The notes under the pieces: generated by a model | What the model was told of the DNA's origin: nothing | What the model saw: only the letters and a program-made list of their open reading frames with translations | Database searches by the model: none | Source: Chromera velia | Lineage: Eukaryota | Direction: 5' to 3' | NCBI GenBank assembly: GCA_018398765.1 | Contig: JAHBMJ010000516.1 | Location: 1 to 45,984, forward strand | DNA: 45,984 bases | Shown here: in pieces, positions 10,542 through 27,838 of the stretch | Layout: every line of letters begins with the position of its first letter | Position numbering within the stretch: position 1 is the stretch's first letter | Position numbers and translations under genes: made by a program

Positions 10542-13500
10542 TGTGTGGCATGCCGAAATGTTGTCGGGGGATCGTTGGATCCCGTCGGATCGACTTGACT
10601 GGATGGATGGATGGATGGATTTGTGTTTGGGCTGTGAATTTGAGATTGGAACTTTGGAACTTCGGGGTTCCTGTTGTGCGTCTGTCCCTTAATTCAGCCT
10701 CCTCCTCTTTTTTCCCCCCTCCCTGTCTTTTTTTTGGTGACGTTATGCTTTCTTTCACCTTCGTTTGTTGCGGATGTCTGGCGCTCTTGCATTAGGAGGG
10801 CCATCAAAGATGACTAGTCAGTCCCACTTTGCAAAACATCTGTCGCTCCCCACATTTGACTCGTTTGCCTGTCTTTCTCTGATTGTTAATGAATGAGCAG
10901 GTTGGAAAGGCATTGTCGAGGTGAACTCTGATGGCATTTCTGCTCTGTCTGGGGAGGGTGAGGAGGAGGGGGAAGAGGGGGAGGAAGAGGAGGGGGGAGA
11001 GGACGAAGAGGAAGAAGAGGAGGGGGAAGAGGACGAAGAGGAGGAGGAGGAGGAAGAAGAGGAAGAGGAAGAGGAAGGAGAGGAAGAAGAGGTTGAGGAA
11101 GAAGCAGAAGAGGAGGAAGAGGAAGAGGAAGCAGAAAACGAAGGCCATCCACAAGCTCCTGCAAAGAAGGCTGCCAAGGGCAAAAGACAGAACGCGGCAG
11201 CAAGTAAGCCGAAGGCGAAGGCCAAAAACAAGAATGGCGTTGTGCCGGTGAAGAAACGTCAAGGGGGGGTCGAACCAGCCTCCCGGTCTCCCTCGCCGTC
11301 TCCAAAGAAACGTGCCCCAAAAGCCAAAGCCCCTGCTGCTGCTGCTGCAGCAGCTGCTGCTGCTGCTGCTGAGGCAAAGACAGAGGAACCGTCTTCCTCT
11401 TCCGGTCGTTCCCAGACGGTTTCACAAAGGGGCAAAGCCAAGGCAAAACCAAAAAGCAAGCCTCCGCTTCCCCCCAAGTCCCGTCCCCCCGCCCCCCCCG
11501 CTCCCTCCCATATCCTCGTGGCAGAGCCTGAAGACGACGATTCAGAGGATGCCCCCCTGTCCGCAAAGCGCCAGAAATCGATGCCCAAGGCGAGGAAGAA
11601 GAGGAGGAAGGTCATTGAGGAGACGGATGAAGAAGGGGACGATTCAAAACTGAAAGAGCAAGAGGATGCAGACCTCCAGGCTGCACTCGATGCGTCAATG
11701 GGTGAAGGAGCAGGAGAAGGGGGGGAGGTTCCCATTGACCCTGCCAATCTCTTCCCAGAAAATCTCATGGGGGATTCATTTGCCCGTCCAGGACTCCTCA
11801 GGCCCCCAAAAGGAAAGGGAAAAGCGAAGGCCAGGGCCTCCCAAGATTCTCAGGGGCCGCCCCCGACCGAGCAGAGAGTCCGAACGAGAGGAGGTAGGGG
11901 GGGAGGCAAACGCGCATCGTCTTCTCGAATGCCCGCTGCGGATCCTCCCGCTGTAGCTGCAGCCGCTGCCGCAGCAGCAGCCCCCTCACGTGGAGTGAAG
12001 GAAAAGTCTGAGGGGCCCGATGCTTCTGCCGCACCTGTAGAGGAACCGGAAGCGGCAGCGAGGGTGGCAGAAAGAGAGGAGAAGGAGAAGGAGGAGGATG
12101 AGACCTCTTCTCTAGGACCCCCCCTTCCTCCCATGCCTCCCTTGCCGATGGGTTTTTTTGACGGAGGGCCTGTAGAGTGGCCCTCTGGGCCTTCCGCCCC
12201 CTCTAGGGTAAAAAGCCCAGTGCACTGGGGATGGCAAAACCTGGGAAGGCAGGTAAAGCAAACAGAGAGGACCCTCCGAATGCAAGAGGGGACATTGAAA
12301 ATCTCATCGATGAATCAGCGGGATCTCCACCAACACTTAGCGTTGGAGGCTCTGAAACTGAACTTTGGTGGAGCTGGAAGACATCCGTGGTCTTCGTCGG
12401 TTCGTCCCTCGATCTGCTTGTGTGTGTGTGTNGGGGGGGCGTCCTTCCATCTGTCCGTATCTCTCTTGCCGTTTTTGGTCTTCTTCTGGTATGGTTTCAA
12501 TTGTGATGTTTCTCTCTTCCTTTCTCTATCTCTCTCTCCCCCTCTCCCTCGCTTTGCCTTGCTTTCTCGCAGTCGCTTTCTTGCGTTTCCTCACCCACGA
12601 TCGTTTAGTCCGACCTGAATCGTTTCAACCCGACCCAGAGTTGTATGACTAGATTGACAGACGTACGGCTTCTTTTTTTTCCTTTTTTATGCTCATAGGC
12701 CGACTCATTCTCTCTGAATAGGCTCCTGTTGACCCACTTTTTCAGAGCTTCTTTCTCTTCTCCCGCCTCTGTGTTCTTCCCCTTCCCCTCCCTCTGCATG
12801 CAGCTGCTTCCCCTGTTGAAGGGCCACGAGGGCCAGCAGCTCCTCGCCCTTGAATGCCTCTTGAAGGACCCTTCTGACCACAATCTCTGCTTCCCTGTCG
12901 TGGCACTCCTAGAAGACGTCCTCCTCCGCTGCACACCCCCTAACCTGAACATCCGTCTCCTCATCTCCACCGTCCTGGAGGACCTCTTGGTGGATAACTT
13001 GACCTTCAAATTTCAGGTGCGTGCGTGCGGGGGAGGGAGCATGGGAGTATCGGGAGGATCCATCGTGTGTTTCTGTTCATTCATTTTATTCTGCTACATG
13101 CATTCTTTCTTGCATCAGCAGAGCAGACTCAAACGAACATCGATCGCCTTCTTGCATGGGCGTGATACATTCATCTTCTTGAGTAGCCTCAGTATTCCTT
13201 TTCACGCTCAGACAGGCCTTCAGACAGCCGTATAGTTCAGTTGCAAGAAATCAAGTGAGGGCCTGGACCCGAAAAAGAGAAATTAAGTCAACGCATCCCC
13301 TCCCCCTGCAGAGGACCAACTGCATCGAGTACCGAGACTCCATCGCAGAAGGAATCTTCATTGACGGGGGGTCTGGAAATCCGGTCAGTCAGTCAGTCAG
13401 TCAGTCAGTGTTTCTCTCACCGCATTTCTTTTTCGCTTCGGACGGTTCGTGACGGTGGTTTCTGTTCTGCATACGGAGGTGAAGTGCGAATGTGTGATCC

Positions 13501-15432
13501 TGTCTATCTCTATTTTTTGGTGTCCGCCAGCCTTCGTGATTGTTCGACCTCTCCGGTTTCGAACGTCCTTTTGTCTTTCAACGTTCAATTCCAATTTTCC
13601 TGGAAAAGTCATGTGAGTCGACCTTCGATTTGGCCCAGTGGCTCCAGACTCACGTACTTGACAGATCTCCATCTACCTGAATCTCTCCCATGTTTTTCGT
13701 GTGTGTCGATTTTCTTTCTTTCCTTCAGGCCCTGAGTGCGTCCGAGTTTCGGGTTCTCTGGCTCCACAAGCACCGCGTTCTGCAGCCCCGTATCGATCAC
13801 GCGAGGACGATCAGCCATCGGCTGCATGGCGGCATTGGCAACCTCAACAACCATCTGGGTCTTTCTGGCATGACTGGGGCAGACGGGATGGGCCCGGGGG
13901 AGGGTGTGTTTGGTTTTGGCGCTGCAGAATGTCTGGACGGGGACGAGACGTTCAGGGGCGACCTGACTGCCTCAATCTTCCCTAATGCATTCAAACTGAC
14001 GGCAGAATTGGCGGGAGGGGCCGCCAAGGGCTCCATTCCCCCCCGGCAGCACTCTGTCGAGACCATACCCCCTGACGGCCCTCCTTCGCCTGCAGTCGGG
14101 GGCATGGCAGGAGCTCCACCGAAAAGCAGGGGGATCCGAAAACAGCCAAGAGAGCCTGGCAAAGGTGGTCGCAGCAGTATTGTCGGGCCACCCATTGACA
14201 TCTCCGACGACGACACCAGCAGGCTCCCCTCCGAAAGGGGGGTCCGAACGGCGCCTCCTCCTTTAACCACCCCCCCTCCAATTGAGAAAGAGGAGGAAGA
14301 CTTAGGGGTTCTGCATCCCCACGTAGATGACCTGAACAGTGAAGGGAACAGGTCGAGGAAGTCTCGGATGTCCCGACGGTCCTCTCGTCGTCCTCCCCCT
14401 CCTCCGTTTCTTCTTCCTGAAGAAAACGGACCCGTACACGGACACGCTGCTGCCGGAATTTCGCGCGCAATCAGCGAACGATCGGAGTCTGTAGTGGCAG
14501 TCGAGGCCCCCCCACCAGCCGCTGCTGCAGCTGCCGCAGCCGCTGAGTCTTTTTTAAATGTGAATGAGCATGGAGGGTCAGGGATTGCTGGAGATGGGAT
14601 TGGGGGTGAGGGTGTAGGGGCGTTTCCACGATCTGTGCGGAGTTCCGCACGCCTAGGTACACGGGGGGCAAGGGGGGTGCAGGAGGCAGCAGCAGGGGAA
14701 GAAAACGACGAAGTGATCTCGGTGAGGTCCGACTCCCCACCTCCTCTAGAGGCCAACAAATCAGCTGCCCCTCCTGTAGAGCAACACCCGCAGCAGCAGC
14801 AGCAGAGAGAGAGGGGGCATCCGAGACACCACCACACAGAGCAATTCCAGTCTGTGCTCTCTGAACTGTCAGATTCGGACGAGAAGATGGGGGTGGATGT
14901 GAGAAGGGCTCCGTTGAGAGGCACTGCACGGGGCCAATCCGGAGGCACGGCAGTTGGGAGATTGGCTCCTTTCCGGGACCCGGCATTGCTGTTCGGTGGG
15001 GGGGGGGACAGAAGGCGCACAGCGAGGGCGGGGCTCGTTGGAGCACGGGGGGAAAAGACGTCTGAGAATTTGCAGGTTGATGCGAGTGCTTTTTTGTCCG
15101 CTTCTTCTCCCTCTTCGTTTTCTTCCAACACGTCTCCGGAACCTCTGAACAACAAGAGGAAGAGAACGCGACAACAGAGAGAGAGAGAAACCCCCGCACC
15201 CCCCCATGCAGCGGCTGCAGATGGAGGGGGCGGGCGGAGTCTGACAGGTCGCGGGGGGGGTACAGCAAGGGCAGGGAGGGAGAAGGGAATGCTTCAGCGA
15301 GAGAAGGAGAGGGAGCGGTTGGCAAAGACCCAGCGGTCGATAGAAAGGAACCGACAGTCAGACTGGCTGTCCTGCGTCGGAGAGTATTTGGAAAACTTTC
15401 CGGAAGCGAACCGCATCTGCAGGTCTGGATGG

Positions 15433-15467
<35 letters not shown>

Positions 15468-18400
15468 CATGCGGCTTTTGCCTGTTCCCGAATGTCCTGC
15501 TTTTCGCGTTCCCATTTTTTGGTCTCTTCCGGTGTGCAGGAACACATGCATTCGGTTTCCTCTATCCTGGCACTTTTTGAATCATTGGCCTTCCTTTGTT
15601 TGGCTTTCTCTCTCTGACAGACTGTGGCAAAGTGACTCGCAATAGCTCTTTCTTTCTGTTTGCTTGTTCTGCTGTGCAGGGCCCATGAGGCTTCCTCGAA
15701 AGGGGCAGAACCGGTGAAGAAAGAGGGGGGAGGAGGAGGGGCAGCTACCGATTCCCGCGTCCTTCTTCCACGGGAGTGCAGGTGTCGGGAAAATTTGATC
15801 GTGGACGTCTCCTCAGACAGGCACCTTAAGTCCGTGGAAAGAGAAGGGCCTGATCTGTCTGTCTCTCTGTCTGTCTGAAGGAAAAGGAGAAGGGCCTGTG
15901 TCTGGCTCCTGAATGGAGGGGTGGCTGCGGAGAGAAGAATGCTTAATAAGATCGTCCCCCATTCCTCTCTGAATCCATTTCATGAGTATCGTGGATCTAC
16001 ACGAAGGCGCTTTTCCTTTCTTTTTCCCTTGAGAAGTCGCGCACGCAAGCGGAGTGCGTCCCTCCGTCCGGACTTTTTCTTTCGCTCTTCCGCTGGTTGA
16101 CTTTGTCCCTTTTGTTCCTTCATTTGTCGGATTCAGTGAGGTCGTTTTCATCTGTCCTTTGCGGAAGTGTAAAGGCATACGTGTGTGTGTGTGTGTGTGT
16201 GTGCAGTTTTGCCATCAGCAAGATGAGGGAGCAGAAAGACTCGGAGCCCGACGTCTTCAGCTTCGTTCAGTCGATCAAGCGCTTCGTCGAGAAGCAGGTC
16301 GGTAAATCAATCAATCTGCCTGCTGGGCAAAACAAACATGGGGGAGGGAGGGAATGTGCGCATGCCTGTCTGTCTGTTGCATTGGGTTGCTGCACGAGTG
16401 CCTCAAAGTACTTTCTTTTCCTTTCCTCCTCTCCGAAAGAGAGGAAAGAGCCGTTCTCAGATGTCGAAAGGAATAGACACGAGCCACAGACAGTCATCGC
16501 ATGGTCCGCTTTTCCTCCCATTGCCAGAGTGTCTTCAGAAATCCGTTTGGCCCGCCCCCTCCCCCCCGTGAGAGCAGGTGCGTCTGGACAAAAGTCTGGA
16601 GAGCGTTCGGAAGATCGCGAAAGAAAACTTTGGGTTCGTTCCATTAGGAGCAGTACGGAGTGGGGCGTGTCGACACCGTGCGCTCCTCTTCAAACTCCTC
16701 TGTGACGCCTGCAAGGTGCCTTGTGCAGTACAGAGAGAGAGGCGGCACGCACCGCAGCAGAGTGCCTCCTCTAGTTCTTCCTCTTCCTCTGCTTCGTCTT
16801 CTTCGTCTGCCTCAGCCTGTACATACGAGGAGATCTACTTCAACAAAGTGATCATCAAGAATAATGTGGGTGAATGAGAGACAGAAAGTTGGAATGAAGG
16901 ATGGATGCCTATTCATTAGTGTTGTCCGGAGAAAGAAAGGGACGGGGACGCAAGAAGGCAGGGAAAGGGGTGGTAGTTCGACTCCGGCCTCCGCCTTGCT
17001 GATGTTCGGAAATTGGTGCCTTTTTTTCTATCGATTTGTCTATGCCTGGACCTGTCTGCATTCCCAGACGTACGCTTTTTTGCAGCTGTTCATCCACTGA
17101 GGGCGTGGGGTTTCGCCTGTGTGTGAAACCACCTGCGACTAATGCATCAGCAGTCAGATCCCCAAAACCAACAAACGTGCAAATAATTTGTTTGATTACG
17201 ATCCTCTTGTCTAATTCGGGTGTGCAGGTGAAGGATCCCCAAAACGACAACACGTTCCATGACGTTGAGACGGTCCACTTCTTTTTTTGGGAGGAGGGCG
17301 TGACGGCCCTGCGTGTGGCGAAAATGAGACAGAGGGCGATTGGCAGAAGAGACTGGCGGGTCTTCGAACTGATGTCAGTCTCTGTCTTTGTCTTTGTCTG
17401 TGTTTGTCTGAGTCTCTTTCATTCTCTGTCTCTGTTTCTCCGTTAGTACGGAAAAGAAAGAAATGCGAAGTCTGTCAAGGTCCGACGTGTTTCTTCTTTC
17501 TTTGAGGGTAGAAGAAGGAAGGGGGGGCCGAGAGGCAGACTGTAGAGATGCAGCTGAGGAGCTTTCCGTCTAGTTCAAGGTGTTGCTTTCCCCCGTTTCT
17601 CTGTCCCGCTCGGCGCGTTTGAACGGGGGCACGTAAGCTCCTTTTTTTCGCCTCTCATTTGCGTGTCAACATCTCCTCATGCTTGCATGCCTTTCTGCAT
17701 CCTCTGCCTCTCCCTCCTTTCGATGGAGACTTACAGGCTCGGAGAGTGCACTGGTGTGGGTGCCAAAACAAAACAAGGGGAGGCCTCTGCTGTCCAGGTC
17801 CCTGTGAGTGAGGTCTTCGGGTTCTCTGGCAGCCTCGGGAGGGGGTCCTTTGGGGAGGTCTGGAAGGTGAACGTCCGAGAAGACGTCAGTCGATCTGTCG
17901 GAATGCACAGACAGGAGGGAGTGGTGAATCAATGGGCATCCATACGCCTTCCTTTTGCGTCGTGAGAGTCTTTGAGTGGTTGAGGAATAGTTAGAAAGGA
18001 AGCGATGCACTGCTCAGGGCATTTTGCAGGTGAGGCCCAATCAGTCCTCCCAGTTTTGCGAAACAGCCTCTTCCCCCCTTCCACCCTCTCCCTGCAGGCC
18101 AAGCCCCTTGATCCGAAGCACACGGTGTGCCACGTTGCGGCCCAAAAGGAGAAATCCCGGAAGGTGCTCAAGGAGAAAGAGAAGCCCACCGGCAAGGAAA
18201 AAAATGGAAACGGAAAGAGAAGAGGATCAGCAGCAGCAGCAGCATTGGTGGACAAAGAAAAAGACAAGGAGAAGCAAGAGCAAGCACAGAACAAAGACAA
18301 AGGCCCGCTACCCCACCTACAGCCCATTCCTTCGGCAGCCGAGCGCAGAGCCTCCCAAGCGGGACTTGTGCGTGTGTTGATGGGGGACGCTGCGTCTGTC

Positions 18401-21400
18401 TCGGCAGCAGGTGCGGCGGTGTCAAAGAAGGAGACTTCAGCAGAGACGGGGGCAGACGAGGGAGGTCTCCTGGCTCTGAAGATGAATCCGTACGAGTGAG
18501 TGAGTGAGTGAGTCTGTTTGTTGAAAATGGAGATAGATGGATGTGTGTGGGGTGCCTCGAGGTTCTTTCAATGTCAATTGAAAGAGTAGCCAAGTAGACA
18601 AGCGAAGGATGGCGTGGGATTTCTCGTTTTGTGGTTGTGTGTGGAAGTAAAAGGAAAGGCACCTTCGCGAGACGCCGAGGGACAAAGTGGCAGCTCCGGC
18701 TTTATGAGAGGATTCTGTTTAGCACCTGAAAAACATGGAGAAGAAGTGAGTTTGCTGCTAGTCGATTGAAATCGAATGAATTGGATGTGTCCTTCAATTG
18801 ATTGCAGCACATACACTGTGGAGGAGGCTGAGCTGTTGAATGCTTTCTCTCATCCTCGTGTGATCCGGTGTCTCTCTGCCTTCTGTGGGGAGACGGCAAT
18901 GGATCCCGAAACCTTGAAGGCAGCAGGAGAGGGGGGTAACAGCAGTAGTGCGTCAGGGGAGTCGGGGGGGGAAGGGGCGGGAGGAGGGGATCCAGAGTCG
19001 AAACTTTGTGTTCTGATGGATTTGGCGGACGGGAACCTCGGTGAGTGACTTCTTTACCCTTTCTTTCCTTATGTGTGCGTGTGTGAGTGTGTGCGTTTCG
19101 AGATGGTCCGACAGTTGCGTGGCTCTCTGTGGAGACTTGAATGAGGTTTTGAGCATGTCGCCAGTCGTTGATGTGGGGCTCGGGATTCGCTTTAATAGTC
19201 CTTCATTCTTTTCGTGCCTGCCTGTCTCCTTGCAGAAACCGTGATGGAATATTTTGGTGTTCCTACGGACGGAGAGAGGCAGCGGCAGCTGGAGAGAGAC
19301 AGGATACGCAGAGCTCTCGCAGGGCCTGAGGGCACGGGGGGGGGAGGGAAGGAGGCAGAGGCAGAAGAGGAGACCGCAAAGGGGCGTCCTCTTCCTCCCA
19401 GACCTCACGCAGTCAACAGAGACGCCTGTGCTCCTTCCTCTTCCTCTTCTGCATCTGCCTCTGCGTCGTCTCAGTGCAACCCTGCAGCTGTGATTCGGGG
19501 AGAAACTGCGGAGATCGGAGGGCCACAGCGGTCGTCTCTGCCTCCTTCAGTCGGGGGGCAGGGGCAGGGGCAACCGCCGCGCGGATTTTTGGATTCATCC
19601 TTCGTCCGCAGAGTGTGCTTAGATGTAGCTCGGTCAGTCTCTTTTTCCCTTGCTTCCTTTTTGTACAAACTGGGCTTTCCTCGTCGTCTTCATTCTTTCT
19701 TCGTTGCTTAATTCTTTCTACTAAAGCTATTGAGAGTCTTTTTTCCGCCGCAGACATCTTCCCTCGCCTACCCACCCCTCTGTGCGTGTGCATATAAATC
19801 CATCGGTGGCCACGAGTCCCAGAAAGATTCCTTCCTAATTTTATCCCTCACTTCTCGCTTTTCTCTCTTCTTCCGCTTCCTCCCCTCTCACCCTTCGCTC
19901 TCCCCTGAGGTCTTTGTCCAGTGTCAGCTCTCCTTCTGTCCTTCCCTCATTCCCTTCCTTGCGCTTCTTTCCCACCGGACGTCTTCTTGCCCTTGCAGCG
20001 GTATGCAATTCCTGCACAGAAGCAAAACGACCAAGGGGACCAGCTCCTACCTCCTGCACCGCGATCTGAAGCCAGCGAACATTCTCCTCAAGGTCGGTCG
20101 ACCCTTGTAAACCTACACGCACATTTGCATGAAGGGACAAAATAACAAACACGCAGACGCACGAATGCATACAAAGACACACACGCTCAAACAGAATCCG
20201 TTCCCTCCGTGTGGTGAAGAATTTGTTCTACTGCCCTGTTCTCTCTCTCAAAGACCGCCCTGTCCTGTCCGTTTGTTCTCTCTCTTCTCAGCCTCCTGCA
20301 TCTCAGAATGGCTCTGTGTGTGTCTCTGTCCTCTGGTCGTCTTTTTCGATCTGGCGCCGCTCTTCTTGTGTCTGCGTGCATTTATACATCTGTCTGCGTG
20401 TCTGTCTGTCTGTCTCCATGCAGGGCGGCCGGGCGTTGGTGTCTGACTTTGGAGTCGCGCGGGAATGCGACGACTTTGACGACAACATGACCATGGGCCC
20501 TGGGACTCAGGGGTGAGTGCCTTGTTTTGTACGGGGAGGGTGAGTGCCTGTTGTTAGGGGGAAATGAGAACCTCATTTGTGTGGTGGGTGAGTGCCTTGT
20601 TGCTACCTGAGGTGTGTGTCTGGTTGGTCCATGATTTGACTGCCTTCCTCTTGATCTCCTTCCTCCTCCTCGAGGTCTGTCGTCTCCATCCCTCCCTCCC
20701 TCCCTGCCCCCCCCCGCCCTGCCTGCATGCAGATACATCGCCCCCGAGCAAGAGACGACGTGCTACGGGAGGTCTGCTGACGTGTGGTCCTTTGGGGTGA
20801 TTCTGGCCCAGATGCTGGGGTACCCTGACTGGAGGGAGCTGAGTGCCAGGGACCCCAAGAAGGCAGCCAAGAAGGGATGGCACCAGGCAGACGTTCTGGG
20901 TGAGAGTCTGAACGGGGCTTGTGGAGTTTTGTTCGAGAAGTTCAAAAACAAAGATTCCTTCCTGGTGGCACTCTGCATCAGATGCCTGGAGAAGATTCCC
21001 GCCTTGCGGCCGGACTTCAATCAGATTGTCAGGTCAGTTCATCTCTCAAAAGAATTGAGTGGACGTGCAACTGTTGATGCAGATGAGTCCAGAAAGTCCT
21101 TCGTGGCAATGTTTGTTCAGCTAACGTGGTCGGGTCTCCTCTGGTTCCTTCCATCTCGAGGAGAGGAAAGCCGTCGAATAATCGGATTTGTTCAATCAAG
21201 CTTTTTATTTGGACGCGGGGGAACGTTTGTTTCCTTCCCATCTGTCACTCTGCTTTGTCAGTGTGCCATTTGTTTTTATATTTTCCCATCATTGCATATT
21301 TTTGTGTGTGCCTTCTCCGTGAGTCTTCAATCCTTCTCTCTTTTTTTGCTTGAGAGAAATCTCTGTGCAGACTTTTGAAGGATGAGATCTTGAGGGAAGA

Positions 21401-21911
21401 GTTTGACGTCATCTGCTCCAGGCGTCCGTCTCTCAGCCTGCCAGGGCCACTGTCTTTGAGTCCCGGGACGGCATCGGGGGTGCGGGTGACAGAGGAGAGG
21501 AGGCGAATGCACCGGCTGGCCGTTGCGGCTTTTGCGGTCTGGCCGCAGCTCCTTGGGGAGGAGGCGCCGCCCGAGGCACTGTCGGCGGGGGGGTTAGGCA
21601 AGGGGGGGGGGGGAGGGGGTCGAGCGGGGAAGGGGAAGAAACGGGGGCCCGAGGACGGCGAGAGAGAGAAGGAGAGAAGAGACGGAGACGGGGGAGGTGT
21701 AAAGCGTCGGAAGGTCCTGAAAGCCTCTTCTTCTGCTGTTCTAGAAGACGGCCCTCCGGAGGGGGGGGGTCTGGGGGCAGTGGAGAAAGAGCCGCCTGAG
21801 CAATGGGCCTGCCGCAAGTGCACGATCTTGAACGACGCCTTGATGCATCGGTGCAGTGTCTGCAACGGGCTGAAACCCCGTCTCTCTGCAGAGAGCCAGA
21901 GAGAAGAATGA
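6566..21911 (+). CDS. Large TKL-family protein kinase with N-terminal RNI-like LRRs, acidic/low-complexity region, EDR1 domain, kinase domain and C-terminal RanBP2-type zinc finger (TgTKL1-like); ~25 exons, ~2,450 aa
   Basis: Phase-consistent GT-AG exons: 6566-6803, 6979-7115, 7445-7528, 7776-7820, 8533-8776, 9131-9207, 9627-9789, 9984-10109, 10406-10477, 10901-12399, 12804-13016, 13312-13383, 13729-15422, 15680-15829, 16207-16297, 16578-16865, 17228-17272, 17798-17884, 18098-18495, 18808-19040, 19236-19632, 19999-20092, 20424-20512, 20733-21032, 21371-21911. LRRs: LEVLEIAECGL, LSTLLLPDNSL, LKIIDVSGNAI. EDR1: RENLIVDVSSDRHL, VPLGAVRSGACRHRALLFKLLCD. Kinase: LGRGSFGEVWK, ALK, HRDLKPANIL, DFG, GTQGYIAPE, DVWSFGV, RPDF. 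ZnF: WACRKCTILNDALMHRCSVC. The start codon and small exons are less certain. Confidence 0.85.
7370..7442. repeat. Intronic (TG)n followed directly by (CG)n, an alternating purine-pyrimidine tract
   Basis: Seen directly, ending at the 3' splice site of kinase exon 3 (gcag|aat). Confidence 0.9.
8899..8962. repeat. Intronic homopolymer run: T-tract / poly-G / long poly-T
   Basis: Seen directly in the intron between kinase exons 5 and 6. Confidence 0.85.
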
Positions 21912-22299
21912 CTGACCTGACTGAAAGACAAATTTGTGTCAGGCAGAGTTTCTCCAGAAGAAAGAGAGGGAAGGGTGGAAAAACGGGCCGAACCATCGAA
22001 ATCTAATTCTGTGCAGTAAGGATGGTTCATCGGCTCTGCACTCCCCCCTTTCATCTCCTGAGCGCCCCTGTACTTGTACAAAGACCTCTCTGCTCACTGG
22101 GCGCCCTTTTTGGTGGACTCTCTCTCACCGTCGGCACACTCCGTGGAAAGCTTTTTGTGCCTTCGGTAAGCTGATCGATCACTAGATCGATCAGGCTGTG
22201 TCACTTGAATCCCTGCTCGATCGTCCGTCCATTAGTGCATCGCAGCGTTTTTTGTATGACTGTCTGCCACAGGCTGCAAGGTACCCCAGTGCCCTGTCG

Positions 22300-23110
22300 C
22301 TTTGATCTCACCATGTATAAAAACACCGTTCATTGCGGCGTTCAATAAATTTAAGTTACTTTCTATATTGTAAACGTATAGATTGCAAAAGCATTTTAAT
22401 AAGTGATTACGCTTGAAAAAAACCATAAATTTAACTTAAATCTGCTAGTAAATCTAGCGAGCTCTATAACTATTTGTTTTGAATGTTTTCAAATGAAAAA
22501 ATAAAAAATTAGAAAAATTATTATCTATATATATAAATATCCAACCTCAATAATAAATTAGGATAGGATAGGATATACGATTAACGTATGGAGAATTGGC
22601 CTCCTCATGCAAGCCCTCCTGCCCCAATGCCGAGCGTTCAACATGTGGCGTCAAACTAGGGCGTCTAGCTAGGGCGTAACGTAACCGAATAGGACTTAGG
22701 ATAGCATTGATATTCCAGATTTAAAAAAATAATTAATTATAGAAGAAATCGAAACTTCAATTTCTAATTTAATTATAGTCCAAGTTTTTAATTAGAGTTG
22801 TTAGACTATAGTCTCTAGTTGTTAGAGATATTGCCTAATACTGCCTAACTAGGGTAAATACTCATGCATGACCGCCCTGCTAGCTCTGGCGACAGATAGA
22901 CATAGCGGAAAGGCCCTAGGGCGGAACATATCAATCAATCAATCAATCAATCAATCGATCAATCAATCGACCATTATTCGGGCCCCCGCGCTAGCCCCCG
23001 CAGGTCAAATATAGTACAGAATTTCGGTATCTATAGTTACGTATGAAGTATTTATAATTAAGGTCAAACGGTATATGTCATCCTAGATGTCATCAAAAAA
23101 TAGCTTTAAA
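22300..23110. repeat. AT/TpA-rich intergenic island between the convergent kinase and GCN5 3' ends (degenerate repeat DNA), including (TAGGA)n and (ATCA)n
   Basis: Abrupt composition switch; many CTAG/TTAA/TATA words; taggataggataggat at ~22559; (atca)n at 22928-22968. Confidence 0.5.
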
Positions 23111-23688
23111 ATGTTTCCTAGAATGTTTCCAGTACATATGTTTTCTTCCACGCTCAGCGTAACGCGCTTGCAATGAAACAACGGCTGGAAAGAGACACGC
23201 GAGTCACAGTAAAAAGCGGCCTCTCTTGATCTCCCTCGGAAACTGGAAAAAGGAAGAAGAAGCCAAAGAATGGCTGGCATTGAAGAAAAACAAACAGCCT
23301 TCACTTAACCTGAGGCTTTCCGGAACCCATTGATATATCTCGTCTCGATCTCTTCCATCCACACGCCCGCAGAAAGAGAAACAATTCTCTTCCCAAGCCT
23401 CTTCCTTTCCTGCATCGCTCCTCAACCCCTATCTGCCCCTTCGGACTCTCTCCCTGTATCTCTGCAGAACTCTGGGCCAGACCATCCACTGGCAAGGCAA
23501 CCAAATCCGTCTCTCAATTCGTCCCAACGACCTCTTTCACCATTCCCTGCATTGATAATTATTTCCCTGACCAACCCCACCACAACCCAACCCCATGCAT
23601 GCAATGAACTTTTAATTTCCCACTCCGTTCTCTCTCGCCGGCATGTCTCTTCTCCCCTCCTACCTCGATCTCTTCATGCAGGAATCCA

Positions 23689-27838
<4,150 letters not shown>

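Noticed and set aside
10804..11768. Poly-Ser/Leu/Pro minus-strand ORFs
   Set aside because: Reverse-frame translations of the poly-Glu tract.
13797..15325. 452-aa and 284-aa minus-strand ORFs
   Set aside because: Antisense to the GC-rich low-complexity kinase exon, where stop codons are scarce.
22559..22575. TAGGA repeats as interstitial telomere
   Set aside because: Does not match TTAGGG/TTTAGGG and has only about 3 units.
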